Source: Octopus bimaculoides
Lineage: Eukaryota
Reading direction: 5' to 3'
NCBI RefSeq assembly: GCF_001194135.2
Contig: NC_068984.1
Location: 116,700,022-116,763,587, forward strand
DNA: 63,566 nt
Positions 1 to 12,744 of the stretch are shown piece after piece (position 1 is the stretch's first letter; each line of letters opens with the position of its first letter). The translations under genes and the position numbers were made by a program. The notes beneath the pieces are model-generated. The model did not search any database. It saw only the letters and a program-made list of their open reading frames with translations, and was not told the origin of the DNA.

Positions 1-2040
1 ATATATATATATATATATATATACATATATATAAATGTATATAGTGAGTGAGAGACGAAAGTAAGTATATCGATTTCAGTTGAACTTCAGGTGGCGTGTG
101 TTAACGGAAAGAGATCAAGAGATCTTTTGTAGGAAGGTTAAAAGAGACAAGAGGGACACGAACAAAGACTTAAAATTCGCTCAACTAAACTGAATGGCTT
201 TCTCGTGGATTCGGTTTGTGTACTTGTGACAGAATGGCTAAATTAAGCTTGATTAAATCAGACGTGCCAAATTTTTAGATAACTATTGCTGCTGCTACCT
301 CTGCTGCTACTACTAGTACTACTATGTTATAGATACACATACATGTTTATAAATACATAAATACATACACACATATACTAGATACGTATGTAAATATCCG
401 TGTGTGTGTGTGTGTGTATCTGAGAGCGCGAGTATGTGTGTGTGTGTGTGTGTCTGTGTGTGGAGTGAGAAAGAGTGTGTGCATATGTAAATCAGACATT
501 CTTTCAGTTGGTTAGTTTATCTGCCAATAATCCAAAAGAAACTTACGCATGTGCGCACGCACACGCACAGACACACACGTACACAAACACACATACACAC
601 ACAAGCACAAAATAAATGGATACTTCATCTGATTCTATGATAAGCGCTTCCATTTGTTTGAACTCAAACGATGTACACTTGGCCTATTATTACCTCGGTT
701 AAAACTTCAGAAAGGTGGTATCATATACGGGAACAGAATTGAATTAAATACAGGGGACGGATTTGCTCAGAGCATAATTAAACCTGTAGTTATTGAGGCA
801 TTCTGTAGCTATCGAGATCTCTATCTGTTATCGACGGCCACGGATAAAGTTCCTAGTTGTTCGCTTTATTGGATTAGCGTCGTCTGTAGCTGAACGAACA
901 GATGCAGAAATAACAGTGTGAAACACAAGCTGCTCTTGTTGGCTGTATCAGTGTTGTTTGGGGCGTAGCTATGACAGGTAACTGTTGCTTCCAATGATGT
1001 GTCGACGTCGTAGATGAGACAGGAGGCATCCTCTTCGGTATGTTGCCCGGTTCTGTCTCCCCACTGTAGAGTGTTCGATTTGATCTAAGCAGTATGAGAG
1101 ACAGGTTGGTGCCCGTGCAGCTTGTGTTGTCAGGTTACTTGTCAGGTCTCCCATAGAATCCGTACAACCTATTGCATGGTTGGATCGTCGGCGACTAAAC
1201 CAGCATTCCCACTAGGCTTGTCTGGTGAGTGTGGGTTGCTAGAAACCCAACAGGATTAAAAATAAGATCTATCAAAAGAACAAATGAACCTAGTGTAGGT
1301 TCAACGACTATCTAGCAATAGTACGGGCCCTCAGAAACTCGGGGTTGGTTTCCGGCGTAATGGAAAGCCACTGGAAGTGAGGTGCCCCTTAGCTTTTGTT
1401 AAAGCATATCTCTAGAACCCGCTTCAAATCCAAGCTATGTCTGCTCCGATAATCGGCTGTGACTTGGTCAGTGAACCCTCTGCAATCGACAATCAGCGGC
1501 AAGATCAGCTGCTACAGACCACATTACAATTTAGTGTATGACAGTAACCGGGGACCCAGGATAGGCAATAGACTTCGATATAATAGGAATGTCTATCCAT
1601 TCTACTCAATGTATTGAGTTTCATATGAGACAACGTTTGCATCGTGTAAAATATATTTTATAACTCTTGTATAATGATATATATACATACACCATCGTCG
1701 GCTGTTTGTCGAGATCGACGTTGTCTGTTCTGTTCAGAACTTCTCTGACCAAAACTCTTTTGGACGGTGAGTAAGATAGTTGGTTCTTAACACGTTTGGG
1801 CAGGTTCAGATGCAAAATATGCTGAGTGCTGTCTTAGGAGAATAATTTTTCCCTTTTACAACAACAGTGTGTTCATCGCACTCAACTTATCGCAGTCGGC
1901 TTATCATTCTAGGCCGTCGGTGTTTCGATATGTTGTGTCTCGCGAGCCAGAAATAGCGGGAACTTCGAGGTTAGCCGAAGCCAATGAATTTGTTTATGGT
2001 TTCAGCAGATAATTTGATTGCTGCTTATATGCGCTGATCA

Positions 2041-2608
2041 ATAATAATAATAATAATAACAATAAAAATTCAACTATTCATTCCAGATCTCACTGCAGAC
2101 AGTTCAAATAAATATTATATACAACGGGGCTTGAATAAAAAATCCAGATGATCTGATAACTGATCAATGAATATCAAGAAGGTCCTGCAGATTTTTGTAG
2201 TCCCTGATATTGTGATCATTTGTAGTGCATGAATGATGGTGTCCAGAGGGCAGCTGATTTTCACAACAGAACATATCTTTTCATTGTGCTCCCACACAAC
2301 AATATTTGATCTGTTGTATTTTAACTTGGTGGCTGTTCTAATTTCTAAGTTTCACCAATATTCTTTTGATTAATCGGTCTCAGGATAGTCAACCTCATCT
2401 GTAGGTGCTTTCTTTTTTGTTACCTGTTCCAAGCTGTCCCTCATGGGAAGAAAATATCTGGAAGACATTCCCTTGCAGTTGGCAATAATGTGGTTGATGT
2501 CTTCAGTGGTGGTCTTGCACAGCCTACATTTGTTGTCTGTCAATGTTTTCTGTCTTTTATGCTAAGCATATTTAGTAGGGATCTTGACGGGAATCTCTTG
2601 TTCTTTGT
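2041..2608 (-). mobile_element. 3' end of an R4/Dong-like (restriction-like endonuclease) non-LTR retrotransposon, decayed
   Basis: Minus strand reads TDNKCRLCKTTTEDINHIIANCKGMSSRYFLPMR (CCHC knuckle), then WEHNEKICSVVKISCPLD and LQMITISGTTKICRTFL (RLE C-terminus). It ends in a (TAA)n tract at 2041-2060. Confidence 0.75.
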
Positions 2609-2660
2609 ATGTATGTATGTATGTATGTATGTATGTATGTATGTATGTATGTATGTATGT

Positions 2661-2860
2661 GAAGGCGCAATGGCCCAGTGTTTAGGGCAGCGGACTCGCG
2701 GTCATAGGATCACAATTTCGATTCCCAGACCGGGCGTTGTGAGTGTTTATTGAGCGAAAACACTTAAAGCTCCACGAAGCTCCGGCAGGGGATGGTGGCG
2801 AACCCTGCTATACTCTTTCACCACAACTTTCTCTCACTCTTACTTCCTGTTTCTGTTGTN
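2661..2860 (+). mobile_element. tRNA-derived SINE family A, 5' part (runs into gap)
   Basis: Head GGCGCAATGGCCCAGTG..TAGGGCAGCGGACTCGCGGTC with A/B-box-like motifs; near-identical to copies at 9424, 36939 and 49501. Confidence 0.85.
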
Positions 2861-3154
2861 NNNNNNNNNNNNNNNNNNNNNNNNNNNNNNNNNNNNNNNN
2901 NNNNNNNNNNNNNNNNNNNNNNNNNNNNNNNNNNNNNNNNNNNNNNNNNNNNNNNNNNNNNNNNNNNNNNNNNNNNNNNNNNNNNNNNNNNNNNNNNNNN
3001 NNNNNNNNNNNNNNNNNNNNNNNNNNNNNNNNNNNNNNNNNNNNNNNNNNNNNNNNNNNNNNNNNNNNNNNNNNNNNNNNNNNNNNNNNNNNNNNNNNNN
3101 NNNNNNNNNNNNNNNNNNNNNNNNNNNNNNNNNNAAGACACGTGGGATGGAAGA

Positions 3155-3195
3155 GTCGCCGAAGAGGTCACATATGTGACGAAAGATTTCCAGAC
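3155..3195 (+). ncRNA. minimal type I hammerhead ribozyme-like motif H1 (degenerate)
   Basis: GTCG CCGAAGA G GTCAC-ATAT-GTGAC GAAA G-AT-T TC|CAGAC: core with U4>C, perfect 5-bp stem II, GAAA, near-palindromic stem III, weak bulged stem I. Confidence 0.45.
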
Positions 3196-3331
3196 AACGG
3201 ACTTAAGATAAAATAAGAACACCAATAAACGAGTGCAGAACGAATATACAGTGTGTGTGTGTATGTTTATTTGGCAAAAATAAAAATATAATTTAGACCT
3301 TCCCGAAATATTACAATATAACAATATATAT

Positions 3332-3510
3332 ATGCTTAGCGGTATTTCATCTGTCTTTACGTTCTGAGTTCAAATTCCGCCAAAGTCGACTTTGCCTTTC
3401 ATCTTTTTTCGAAGTCGATAAAATAAGTACCAGTTGCGTACTGAGGTCGATCTAATCGACTGGCCTCTCCCCCGAAATTTCGAGCCTTGTCCCTTGAGGA
3501 GAATAGAATA
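3332..3510 (+). mobile_element. SINE family C (Nin/Deu-domain-like), 5'-truncated
   Basis: TTCTGAGTTCAAATTCCGCC..GTCGACTTTGCCTTTCATC..GTCGATAAAATAAGTACCAG, shared with more than 15 copies in the window. Confidence 0.8.
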
Positions 3511-3675
3511 GGAGTGGCTGTGTGGTAAGTAGCTTGCTTACGAACCACATGGTTCCGGGTTTTAGTCCCACTGCGTGGCACCTTGGCCAAGTGTCTTCTA
3601 CTATAGCCTCGGGCCGACTAAAGCCTTGTGAGTGGATTTGGTAGACGGAAACTGAAAAGAAGCCCGTCGTATATA
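3510..3675 (+). mobile_element. SINE family B (Meta-domain-like), 5' half
   Basis: AGGAGTGGCTGTGTGGTAAGTAGCTTGC..CTATAGCCTCGGGCCGAC..GTGAGTGGATTTGGTAGACGGAAACTGAAA..GCCCGTCGTATA. Confidence 0.85.
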
Positions 3676-4036
3676 TGTATATATATATAAAGAGAGTAAG
3701 AAGAAGAGGAAATGAAAGGAATGTTGTGATGGTAGGAAGTGGGGTACCTAGAATGGGTGTGTACTGGAATGGTCGTAGAACACAGCGGAAAAATTAGATG
3801 AAATAACCGATAAGCAGATGAAAGGTGGAACCATTGATATTTAAAAGTGGAAATAGGTAATAAATAATGAAAATGAATAAATAAATAATTTGCCTGAAGA
3901 GCCTGTGCACCTACAAGCAAAACTCTGTGTTGCAAGTGACTGACTCAAGCAAAATATGATATATTATTAATATCTACACAAAATGTATGTATCCAAGCAT
4001 ATCTGTCTGTCAGTATGTATGTGTGTGTACATATAC

Positions 4037-4134
<98 letters not shown>

Positions 4135-4359
4135 GTATATATCTATATATAAGTATACATATATATGTGTACCTATATGTATACCTTTATATTCATATGA
4201 ACATACACACATATATAAATATATATATATATATCATATAATGCACACCCACATATACACGCATATACATACAATGTGTGTGTGTGCGTGCGTAGAAAGC
4301 TCCGGGAGCCAAGAAAATATGTTTAATAAAATCATTATCTCAAATTTTTTTAAAGGAAA

Positions 4360-4449
4360 TTTCGATCAAAAGATCCCTTTCAAAGAGAGGAAGAGGTTAG
4401 CGGTGCGGCTAACCTCTTCTTCCCTTTGAAAAGAATCTTTTGATCGAAA
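4360..4449. repeat. long inverted repeat / foldback (42-bp arms, 6-nt loop)
   Basis: Arms 4360-4401 and 4408-4449 are reverse complements at 38/42 positions; loop GGTGCG. Confidence 0.9.
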
Positions 4450-4654
4450 ATTTAGAAAGATGAATACAAAAATAAAAAATAAAAAATAAAAATGACTTCT
4501 GTTTTTGAAATCTGTTCCAATTATGTTACGTTACTTTAAATTTAGCCTCAAATATTTCTTTCTTCATATCCACTCTGACTTACATTTGCTCCGCACTCAT
4601 ATATACGGATATATTACGCATATAGATACACACGCACACGCACACTCACACACA

Positions 4655-4722
<68 letters not shown>

Positions 4723-4943
4723 ACCACCACCACCACCACCACCACACACCACACACACATATATATGTAATAGTGGTGTATGTGTGTGTAATGCTTATAA
4801 TTTTGAGAGGATATGTATAAATATACACACATACAATAGAATATATATACGTATATATACGTATATATACACGTATATATACGTATATATACACGTATAT
4901 ATATATATATATATATCTGACCTTATATATATACATATATACG

Positions 4944-4994
<51 letters not shown>

Positions 4995-5054
4995 NNNNNN
5001 NNNNNNNNNNNNNNNNNNNNNNNNNNNNNNNNNNNNNNNNNNNNNNNNNNNNNN

Positions 5055-5099
<45 letters not shown>

Positions 5100-5377
5100 G
5101 GTGGTAGTAGATTACTTGTATACACACATAAACACACTAGTGCACACACTCACATACGCGCGCACGACTCACGCGCACACGCGCACACATACACACACGC
5201 ACACACATACACACACACACAAGAAATTATGTAGACGTACGCATATGAAGCATATCAGTATGCATATAACTATAGGCACGTATATAAACATATGCAAATA
5301 AATGTACGTGCATATATACATACACACACATACACCCACATCACATATGTATACAGACAGACAGACAGACAAACAGG

Positions 5378-5437
<60 letters not shown>

Positions 5438-5446
5438 CATATTTAC

Positions 5447-5614
5447 CATACCCAAAATACTTGGCGTTGCTCAGTTGAATGCACTGGGAATCGACATTAA
5501 CGTTGTAACCGACTTCGCTTAAATTTACATAAATTTCTGGGCAAACGATAAATAGTGTACCGGGATAAGTAAAGCTCGTAACCATTGTGACTTTTAGAAA
5601 GTTGTTTTGGAGTT
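5447..5614 (-). CDS. candidate internal coding exon (phase 1-1, 168 nt) of an unidentified host gene
   Basis: Acceptor ..ctgctctttgaaacAG|AACTCC and donor GGGTATG|GTAAAT; stop-free, non-repetitive LQNNFLKVTMVTSFTYPGTLFIVCPEIYVNLSEVGYNVNVDSQCIQLSNAKYFGY. Confidence 0.45.
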
Positions 5615-6320
5615 CTGTTTCAAAGAGCAGATTACAATTACAGAAAAGATAAAATTAAAAGGGAAAAATTGCAGGTTAAATGTTCTGAAAGTATTTTTTC
5701 CCATTTAACCCTAAACCTGTATCCTAAACTTAAGCTGTGACCCGATATTCTAAACCAGGTTCGAACAACCTTTCTCGAGAAGCAAGCCACATGAGACATC
5801 AAGCGGGCAGCACTACTAAAAAATTCAAGGTAATTTTTTTGTTTCTCGTGCCATTCAGAAAGTCTCGTGGGCAGTAGCTTGCCCACTACTGCCCTAAACT
5901 CTAAAAACTAAACTCTAGCACCTGTCTCTGCCCAGAAATATTAATTCATAGTCTCTATCCCTAACCCCAAACCTTAATTAATTAATTAATTAATTAATTT
6001 ATGCTTCATACCTGTTATTAAGCAACACTAAGCCCCAAAGTACGTTCACATAGACAACCAATGTCAGCTACAAATAAATTCTTGCATGAAAGGGACAGTG
6101 ACTTCGAAGATGAGCCATAAGTGAGTGGATTATTCCACCTGGAAAAGTAATACTAAATCTATCTGTGAAGCGGAGACCGGATTCAAATGCTTACAACTGT
6201 CTATGTCTGTGAGTATATAAAATACAATATGATACATTATGATATAATATAATATAATATAATATAATATAATATAATATAATATAATATAATATAATAT
6301 AATATAGTATAATATAATGT

Positions 6321-6490
6321 AAGCGCAGGAGTGACTGTGTGGTAAGTAGCTTGCTTACCAACTACATGATTCCGGGTTCAGTCCCACTGCGTGGCACTTT
6401 GGGCAAGTGTCTTCTACTATAGCCTCGGGCCGACCAAAGCTTTGTGAGTGGATTTGGTAGATGGAAACTGAAAGAAGCCCGTCGTATATA

Positions 6491-6525
<35 letters not shown>
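6321..6525 (+). mobile_element. SINE family B, 5' half followed by (TA)n and a gap
   Basis: Matches the family B head and core. Confidence 0.85.
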
Positions 6526-7348
6526 NNNNNNNNNNNNNNNNNNNNNNNNNNNNNNNNNNNNNNNNNNNNNNNNNNNNNNNNNNNNNNNNNNNNNNNNNNN
6601 NNNNNNNNNNNNNNNNNNNNNNNNNNNNNNNNNNNNNNNNNNNNNNNNNNNNNNNNNNNNNNNNNNNNNNNNNNNNNNNNNNNNNNNNNNNNNNNNNNNN
6701 NNNNNNNNNNNNNNNNNNNNNNNNNNNNNNNNNNNNNNNNNNNNNNNNNNNNNNNNNNNNNNNNNNNNNNNNNNNNNNNNNNNNNNNNNNNNNNNNNNNN
6801 NNNNNNNNNNNNNNNNNNNNNNNNNNNNNNNNNNNNNNNNNNNNNNNNNNNNNNNNNNNNNNNNNNNNNNNNNNNNNNNNNNNNNNNNNNNNNNNNNNNN
6901 NNNNNNNNNNNNNNNNNNNNNNNNNNNNNNNNNNNNNNNNNNNNNNNNNNNNNNNNNNNNNNNNNNNNNNNNNNNNNNNNNNNNNNNNNNNNNNNNNNNN
7001 NNNNNNNNNNNNNNNNNNNNNNNNNNNNNNNNNNNNNNNNNNNNNNNNNNNNNNNNNNNNNNNNNNNNNNNNNNNNNNNNNNNNNNNNNNNNNNNNNNNN
7101 NNNNNNNNNNNNNNNNNNNNNNNNNNNNNNNNNNNNNNNNNNNNNNNNNNNNNNNNNNNNNNNNNNNNNNNNNNNNNNNNNNNNNNNNNNNNNNNNNNNN
7201 NNNNNNNNNNNNNNNNNNNNNNNNNNNNNNNNNNNNNNNNNNNNNNNNNNNNNNNNNNNNNNNNNNNNNNNNNNNNNNNNNNNNNNNNNNNNNNNNNNNN
7301 NNNNNNNNNNNNNNNNNNNNNNNNNNNNNNNNNNNNNNNNNNNNNNNN

Positions 7349-7485
<137 letters not shown>

Positions 7486-7869
7486 CGATTGATTCGCATT
7501 TTATTTCATCTTCCAACCGGGTCTCAACCAGAGACCTAAGGCACGTATATATTAGACGGAAAGAAACTTTTATTATTTATTATTATTATTATTATTATTA
7601 TTTTTTTTAATTTTTTTTGACATTTGATCAAAATGCGGTCTCTGAATTATTTTCGTTTAATGCATGACTAATATGTGATACAGCGAAAAGCAAGCTGGAA
7701 TGGTAAGAATTTCGCTGTGATCACAACGCCTTTAACGATAATTATTTTGCTTTTGCGATGAGTTCGTAACTATAACGGCATTATCATACATCATGCAACG
7801 TTTCTCAATTCATGTTCCCAAAAGCTCTAAGGTTCCGCGAGAAATAGTTGATAAGTATAAGAATTATTT

Positions 7870-8058
7870 TATCTTTTAATCTTGTTTCAGTCATTAGACT
7901 GCGGCCATTACGGGACATCCCCTGGAAGAAATTTAGTCGATCTAATCGATCCCTGTAGTTAATTTCTCTTCAAGCCTGGTACTTATTCTATCGGATCTTT
8001 TGCCGAACCGCTAAGTTACGGGAGCATAAGCACACCAACACCAGCACTGGTGGTGGAG

Positions 8059-8098
<40 letters not shown>

Positions 8099-8256
8099 TT
8101 ATACGACAGGCTTCTTTCAGTTTCCGTCTACCAAATCCACTCACAAAGCCTTGGTCGTCCCGAAGCTATAAGAGAAGACACTTGCACAAGGTGGCATGGA
8201 GTGGGATTGAACCTGGGACCATGTGACTGGGAAGCACACTTCTTAACGCACAGCAA
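7870..8256 (-). mobile_element. SINE family B, near full length with internal (CA)n
   Basis: Reverse complement of both family B halves separated by an (AC)n tract. Confidence 0.85.
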
Positions 8257-9059
8257 TGTATGTTTTTTTTTTCTGAGAATTTCCTTTGTTATTTCTATCT
8301 ATGCTTGTAATGTTATCCACGCACGGCATATTGCATAAAGTAAAGAAATTGTAGCATTTGCTTTCACACCTCCACCGATCAAGGTTGAGTATGCATTTGT
8401 TTCATGTTTATACAAGTTTAGGCAAGATCTTTTTTTCTTTTTAGAAAGACTGGTAGTTTCTCATGCATCCGTCTTACCTCTTTTCATCTCACAAAAATTA
8501 ATCTAAATCCGGAGTCGGTAAACTTATATCATTGGTCCTTTCATAGAACCGTTGATAACTTACGTGAATTTCTAAAATTTTCTTTACTTAAAAACAATTC
8601 CGTTCTTTTGTGAAATTATTAAATTTTTAGTAAGAAACATCAAAAGAAATTTAATGAAAATATTTGTCGAAATTCATAAAGAACGATAAAAACTTATTCA
8701 TCTTATATTGATTTTGTCGGAATAGTTAATGTAAAATATATTTGGTACGTTCTAGTTATTGCATAGATATTTGGTTTGGAATTAGTGAATTTTAGCCTTA
8801 AATTACCGCACTTTTCCAGATTCAGTTCACTAATAATTCAACACCCTTATTCCAGATATTTGTTGACAACTTAGATAGCCACAGAAAACCTCGGAGGTCA
8901 ATATTGATTACTTTGCTAACTCTTTGTCTAAAGGAAAGGCCACCGAATTAAGTCTGTACAGTTTAGCATCAGTGCCGTCGCAGGCGTCGCTGCCAGATCG
9001 CAAAGTTCTAGAACAGATATTGCAAGGCTGCCTGCTTGACTTTCAAATAGTTTCTCCAT

Positions 9060-9195
9060 TCTACCGACTGGATTGGTACATATTTTATCGATCTTGAAAG
9101 GATGAAAGGCAAAGTTCATCTCGGCAGGATTTGAACTCGGTGCGTAGAGGTCCAGAACAAATGATGCAAGGTATTCTCTCCAACACTCTAATGAC
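9060..9195 (-). mobile_element. SINE family C fragment
   Basis: TTTATCGATC..GAAAGGATGAAAGGCAAAGT..ATTTGAACTC. Confidence 0.7.
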
Positions 9196-9423
9196 TACAA
9201 ATTTGCATTGGCATTTGTATATAGTAGGGAGATCTTACGGGGAGAAAAACCTTTATAACAGGGAATTGTAGTGGAATTTGGTTTAAACAGGATCTTGGTT
9301 CAGACGCAATTTATTAAACCTTCTTTGTGGCTTCATATAAATTCAGTGTCGTCAAACCTTTCAATCACAGTTAATGACTGTTTAAAATTTCATTAAATTT
9401 TATTTAATTCTCTGAAAGAGAAA

Positions 9424-9790
9424 GTTGTTGTTGGTACTCCGTCGTTTACGACGTCGAGCGTTCCAGTTGATCCGATCAACGGAACGGCCTGCTCGTGAAA
9501 TTAACGTGCAAGTGGCTGAGCACTCCACAGACACGTGTACCCTTAACGTAGTTCTCGGGGATATTCAGCGTACAACAGTGTGACAAGGCTGACCCTTTGA
9601 ATTACAGGTACAACAGAAACAGGGAGAAAGAGTGAGAGAAAGTTGTGGTGGAAGAATACAGCAGGGTTCGCCACCATCCCCTGCCGGAGCCTCGTGGAGC
9701 TTTAGGTGTTTTCGCTCAATAAACACTCACAACGCTCGGTCTGGGAATCGAAACCGCGATCTTATGACCGCGAGTCCGCTGCCCTAAGCA
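9424..9790 (-). mobile_element. SINE family A, full length with (CAA)n tail
   Basis: Reverse complement of the 36939-37325 copy. Confidence 0.9.
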
Positions 9791-10610
9791 CTGGGCCATT
9801 GCGCCTCCACCGAAAGAGAAAGTAAAAGAGAAATAAAGATATATGATAATTTCTTATGTAAGCCTTCCCTGAAAATGAAATGTATCTTGAGGATTCCGCA
9901 AAAAAAGGGCGGGAAATGCAATTATATAATCGCAGCTAGCATGCGATGATCGTTCGTATCTCACCTCAAGCAGATTTTGGAAACGATAAAATTACCAACC
10001 ATGAAAAGATACATGGAGAAGGTACGCTGCTCTGTTGATTACATTGATGAGCTTTATCACATGTTACCTATTTAAGGTTGAAACAACAAAGCAGCAGCTG
10101 CTTCTTAACATTACATCTTATTGTCTTAAAAATGGAAGGAAGAACACGTCAATTAATGTCGCCCCTGATGCATTGGCTGAAAACATGATGGGATTATCAT
10201 GTTTACAACATTTTTAACCATTAGTAGGTTTGATCAGAAATGACTTGAGTCTTTGCGACAATAACATGATACTTTATATTTATATTTAGTGGTTTTAGAC
10301 AATCGACTCACTCATTCTTTTCACCTAACTTCCCATTATGCTGTATAATTAACTACTGAAAATTTAAATGCAACGGTTGTGAAATATTACTGTTAATACT
10401 ATTACGAGTAACGATAGGAATATCTCTTTGCTTTTGTGGATAATAACAGGTAAAGTTACGCAGATACAATAATTATAATTGTACATTTTTTTAGCATATC
10501 ATGGTGCTTTTTCAGTGTAATGAAATAAGTATTAGCTTCCAAATAAAAGATTTAAAAATTAGATTAAGGTAAAATCAAATACAAAACAATTCACATATGC
10601 AGTAAATATA

Positions 10611-10833
10611 CAAGGGGGTACTGAAAGGTCCTTGGCTTTAATGGCTTCGCGAAAGACCTGGCTGGAAGCCCAACCTTCCGAGTTCTTTTACAGGGCTTAG
10701 AAAAATTTGAAGGTTCGCTGCAATAAGTGTGTGAATCTGAGAGAGGAATATGTTGAATAAAATTATAATTAACTGATCCTCCTATGTTTTTTTTTTCTTT
10801 TTACCCAAAGCAGGAACTTTTGAGCACCCTTCA
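10611..10833. mobile_element. mariner-derived MITE (~220 bp)
   Basis: TA then CAAGGGGGTACTGAAAGGTCC at the left end and GGAACTTTTGAGCACCCTTC at the right end; same family as 54235-54454 in opposite orientation. Confidence 0.7.
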
Positions 10834-11114
10834 AATGTTATTAATAACAATAAAACTGCTTAGCTACTAATTAATAACAGATATATTAATTTCTTATCAA
10901 GTGGCATGAGATTTTTAGTGTGATCAAGAAACCAACAATGAATAGTTTAGAAGAGTGTTACCCATCGCATGACATTTTTCTAATATTGTGGGTATAATTC
11001 TAATAATAATATCTAATAATATAACAGAATTACAATTATAATATTCCTTATTTCCAATTTCATGGTGCTTGAAGTAAGCAACGAAATTAATATAATTTTG
11101 AAAAATAAAAAATA

Positions 11115-11260
11115 TTTTTTCTAATTTTGGCACAAGGCCAGCAATTTTAAAAGGGTGGGGGGTCGATGTAATCGATCCTGGTGCTCAAGTGGTATTTATT
11201 TTACCATAAAGTAAAATGCACAGTTGACCTCGGCGAAACTTAAGTTTAAATATAACCAAA
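11115..11260 (-). mobile_element. SINE family C fragment
   Basis: TTTTGGCACAAGGCCAGCAATTTT..GTCGATGTAATCGATC..GACCTCGGCGAAACTT. Confidence 0.7.
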
Positions 11261-12010
11261 TATTTCGTTTGTATATCTGTGATAAATATATTTCATCAAT
11301 AAAAATAGTACTTTTTAATAAGGATTGTAAAAATAGTGAGGCAACTTTTAAAAAAGACAATTACAGAATTTTCACTCTTTAAGTTAAATACTCAAATGAT
11401 ACCAAACACTCCATTCCGATATAAGTTTAAAACATTGTATCCTTTTCCCCAGCCCATTTACTGACAATTAATTTACTCATTTGCTTGTACTTCTTTATAT
11501 AATTACAGTTTTACTAAAATTGTTTCGAAAATTTCAGATTTAATCTCATAGATTACTGATTATATCAGTAATCTATGAGTTAATGTGAAATTGTCAGTTT
11601 CTGTGCTATAACTTTACAACAAACCAATAAAAACGATAATGATTATAACTGTACGAAAGATATAATCATTATTTATTTAGAACTAGTTACTATCTTTTAC
11701 CTCAGAAGTCTATTGTAGTCATAATTTAGTTAACAATTCTAAAGTGAACATTTACATAATAAATACTTTATATACAGATTTTATCTCAAAAGCTCATTTC
11801 TAATGCTTTTGTTAGCTATATTAAAAAAAAATCAATATTTACATCATAAAAATCTAAACATTTATTTTACTTAAATAAATATGTATAACTATATTTTTAC
11901 GAAAACTCAGTCATCTTGCAAAAGATATCTTTGTTTCATATACAAATTCTGGCAAACAAAAACTCAATATTTATTTATTGTAATGACGAACGCTGGTACC
12001 AATGGTAACT

Positions 12011-12272
12011 AAAGGTAAAGTAAAGGTTACCTGCTCGAGTCATGCCGACTTACAAGGGCCGTTTTTCCGGTTTCCATGGTGTATGAATTCTCCACCTGGA
12101 CGAGACGACTGTCCGTCGCAGGATTACTCATTTTTGTCAACTGAGTAGACAAGAGCAATGTGAAATGAAATGTTTTGCTCAAGAACACAACGCATCACCC
12201 GGTCCAAGAAGCGAAACCACAATGTTACGATCATAAATCCAACACCCTAACCACTAAGCCACGCGCCTCCAC
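12011..12272 (-). mobile_element. SINE family D (V/CORE-like), inserted in the Helitron helicase
   Basis: tRNA-like head GTGGAGGCGCGTGGCTTAGTGGTTAGGGTG; core TTGAGCAAAAC..CCTGCGACGGAC..GTCCAGGTGG. Confidence 0.75.
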
Positions 12273-12744
12273 AGTTAAGCTGAAAAAGTAATGTTGCTAC
12301 GTGCTAAATTGACGCCTGGAATGAAAGCACTTTCTCCTCTATTGCTACCGTTTAATATTTCTGTATGATAAAAGTAACTGCGAGATTATTTCTATGATTA
12401 TTCGTATGTTATTTAGTGAAACTTCTCATGGATCGAGGTTACACACCATCATCATAATACAGCCAAATTTCACTTTCAAAATATGAGGTGGCATTCCAGA
12501 TGGAGTTTGTTCATTTAAAAGCTCCAGAAGGAAAATTAAGAGCCGCCCCATCCTTATCATCGGTAGTGGTATCATTACTTATATATTCGTTTGTTAGGTA
12601 TGAGCTACAGAATGAGGTTCGATGTATCCTTATTTTTCGTAGTGAGTAATTCTTATGGATAAATCAACAATGATTATTCATTACTGAAGTAGTTGATTGA
12701 ATCCCCATAGATATTGAATGCAATGTTATTGGTAATCATAAAGC

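Noticed and set aside
654-893. 79-aa plus-strand ORF
   Set aside because: TTG start, no recognisable domain, no convincing splice donor.
5867-5894. Alternative hairpins GTGGGCA/TGCCCAC and GGGCAGTAG/CTACTGCCC
   Set aside because: Too short to support a switch or Helitron terminus without a family alignment.
9978-10217. Possible small exons on either strand
   Set aside because: Splice-like sites occur on both strands but give no consistent stop-free phase.
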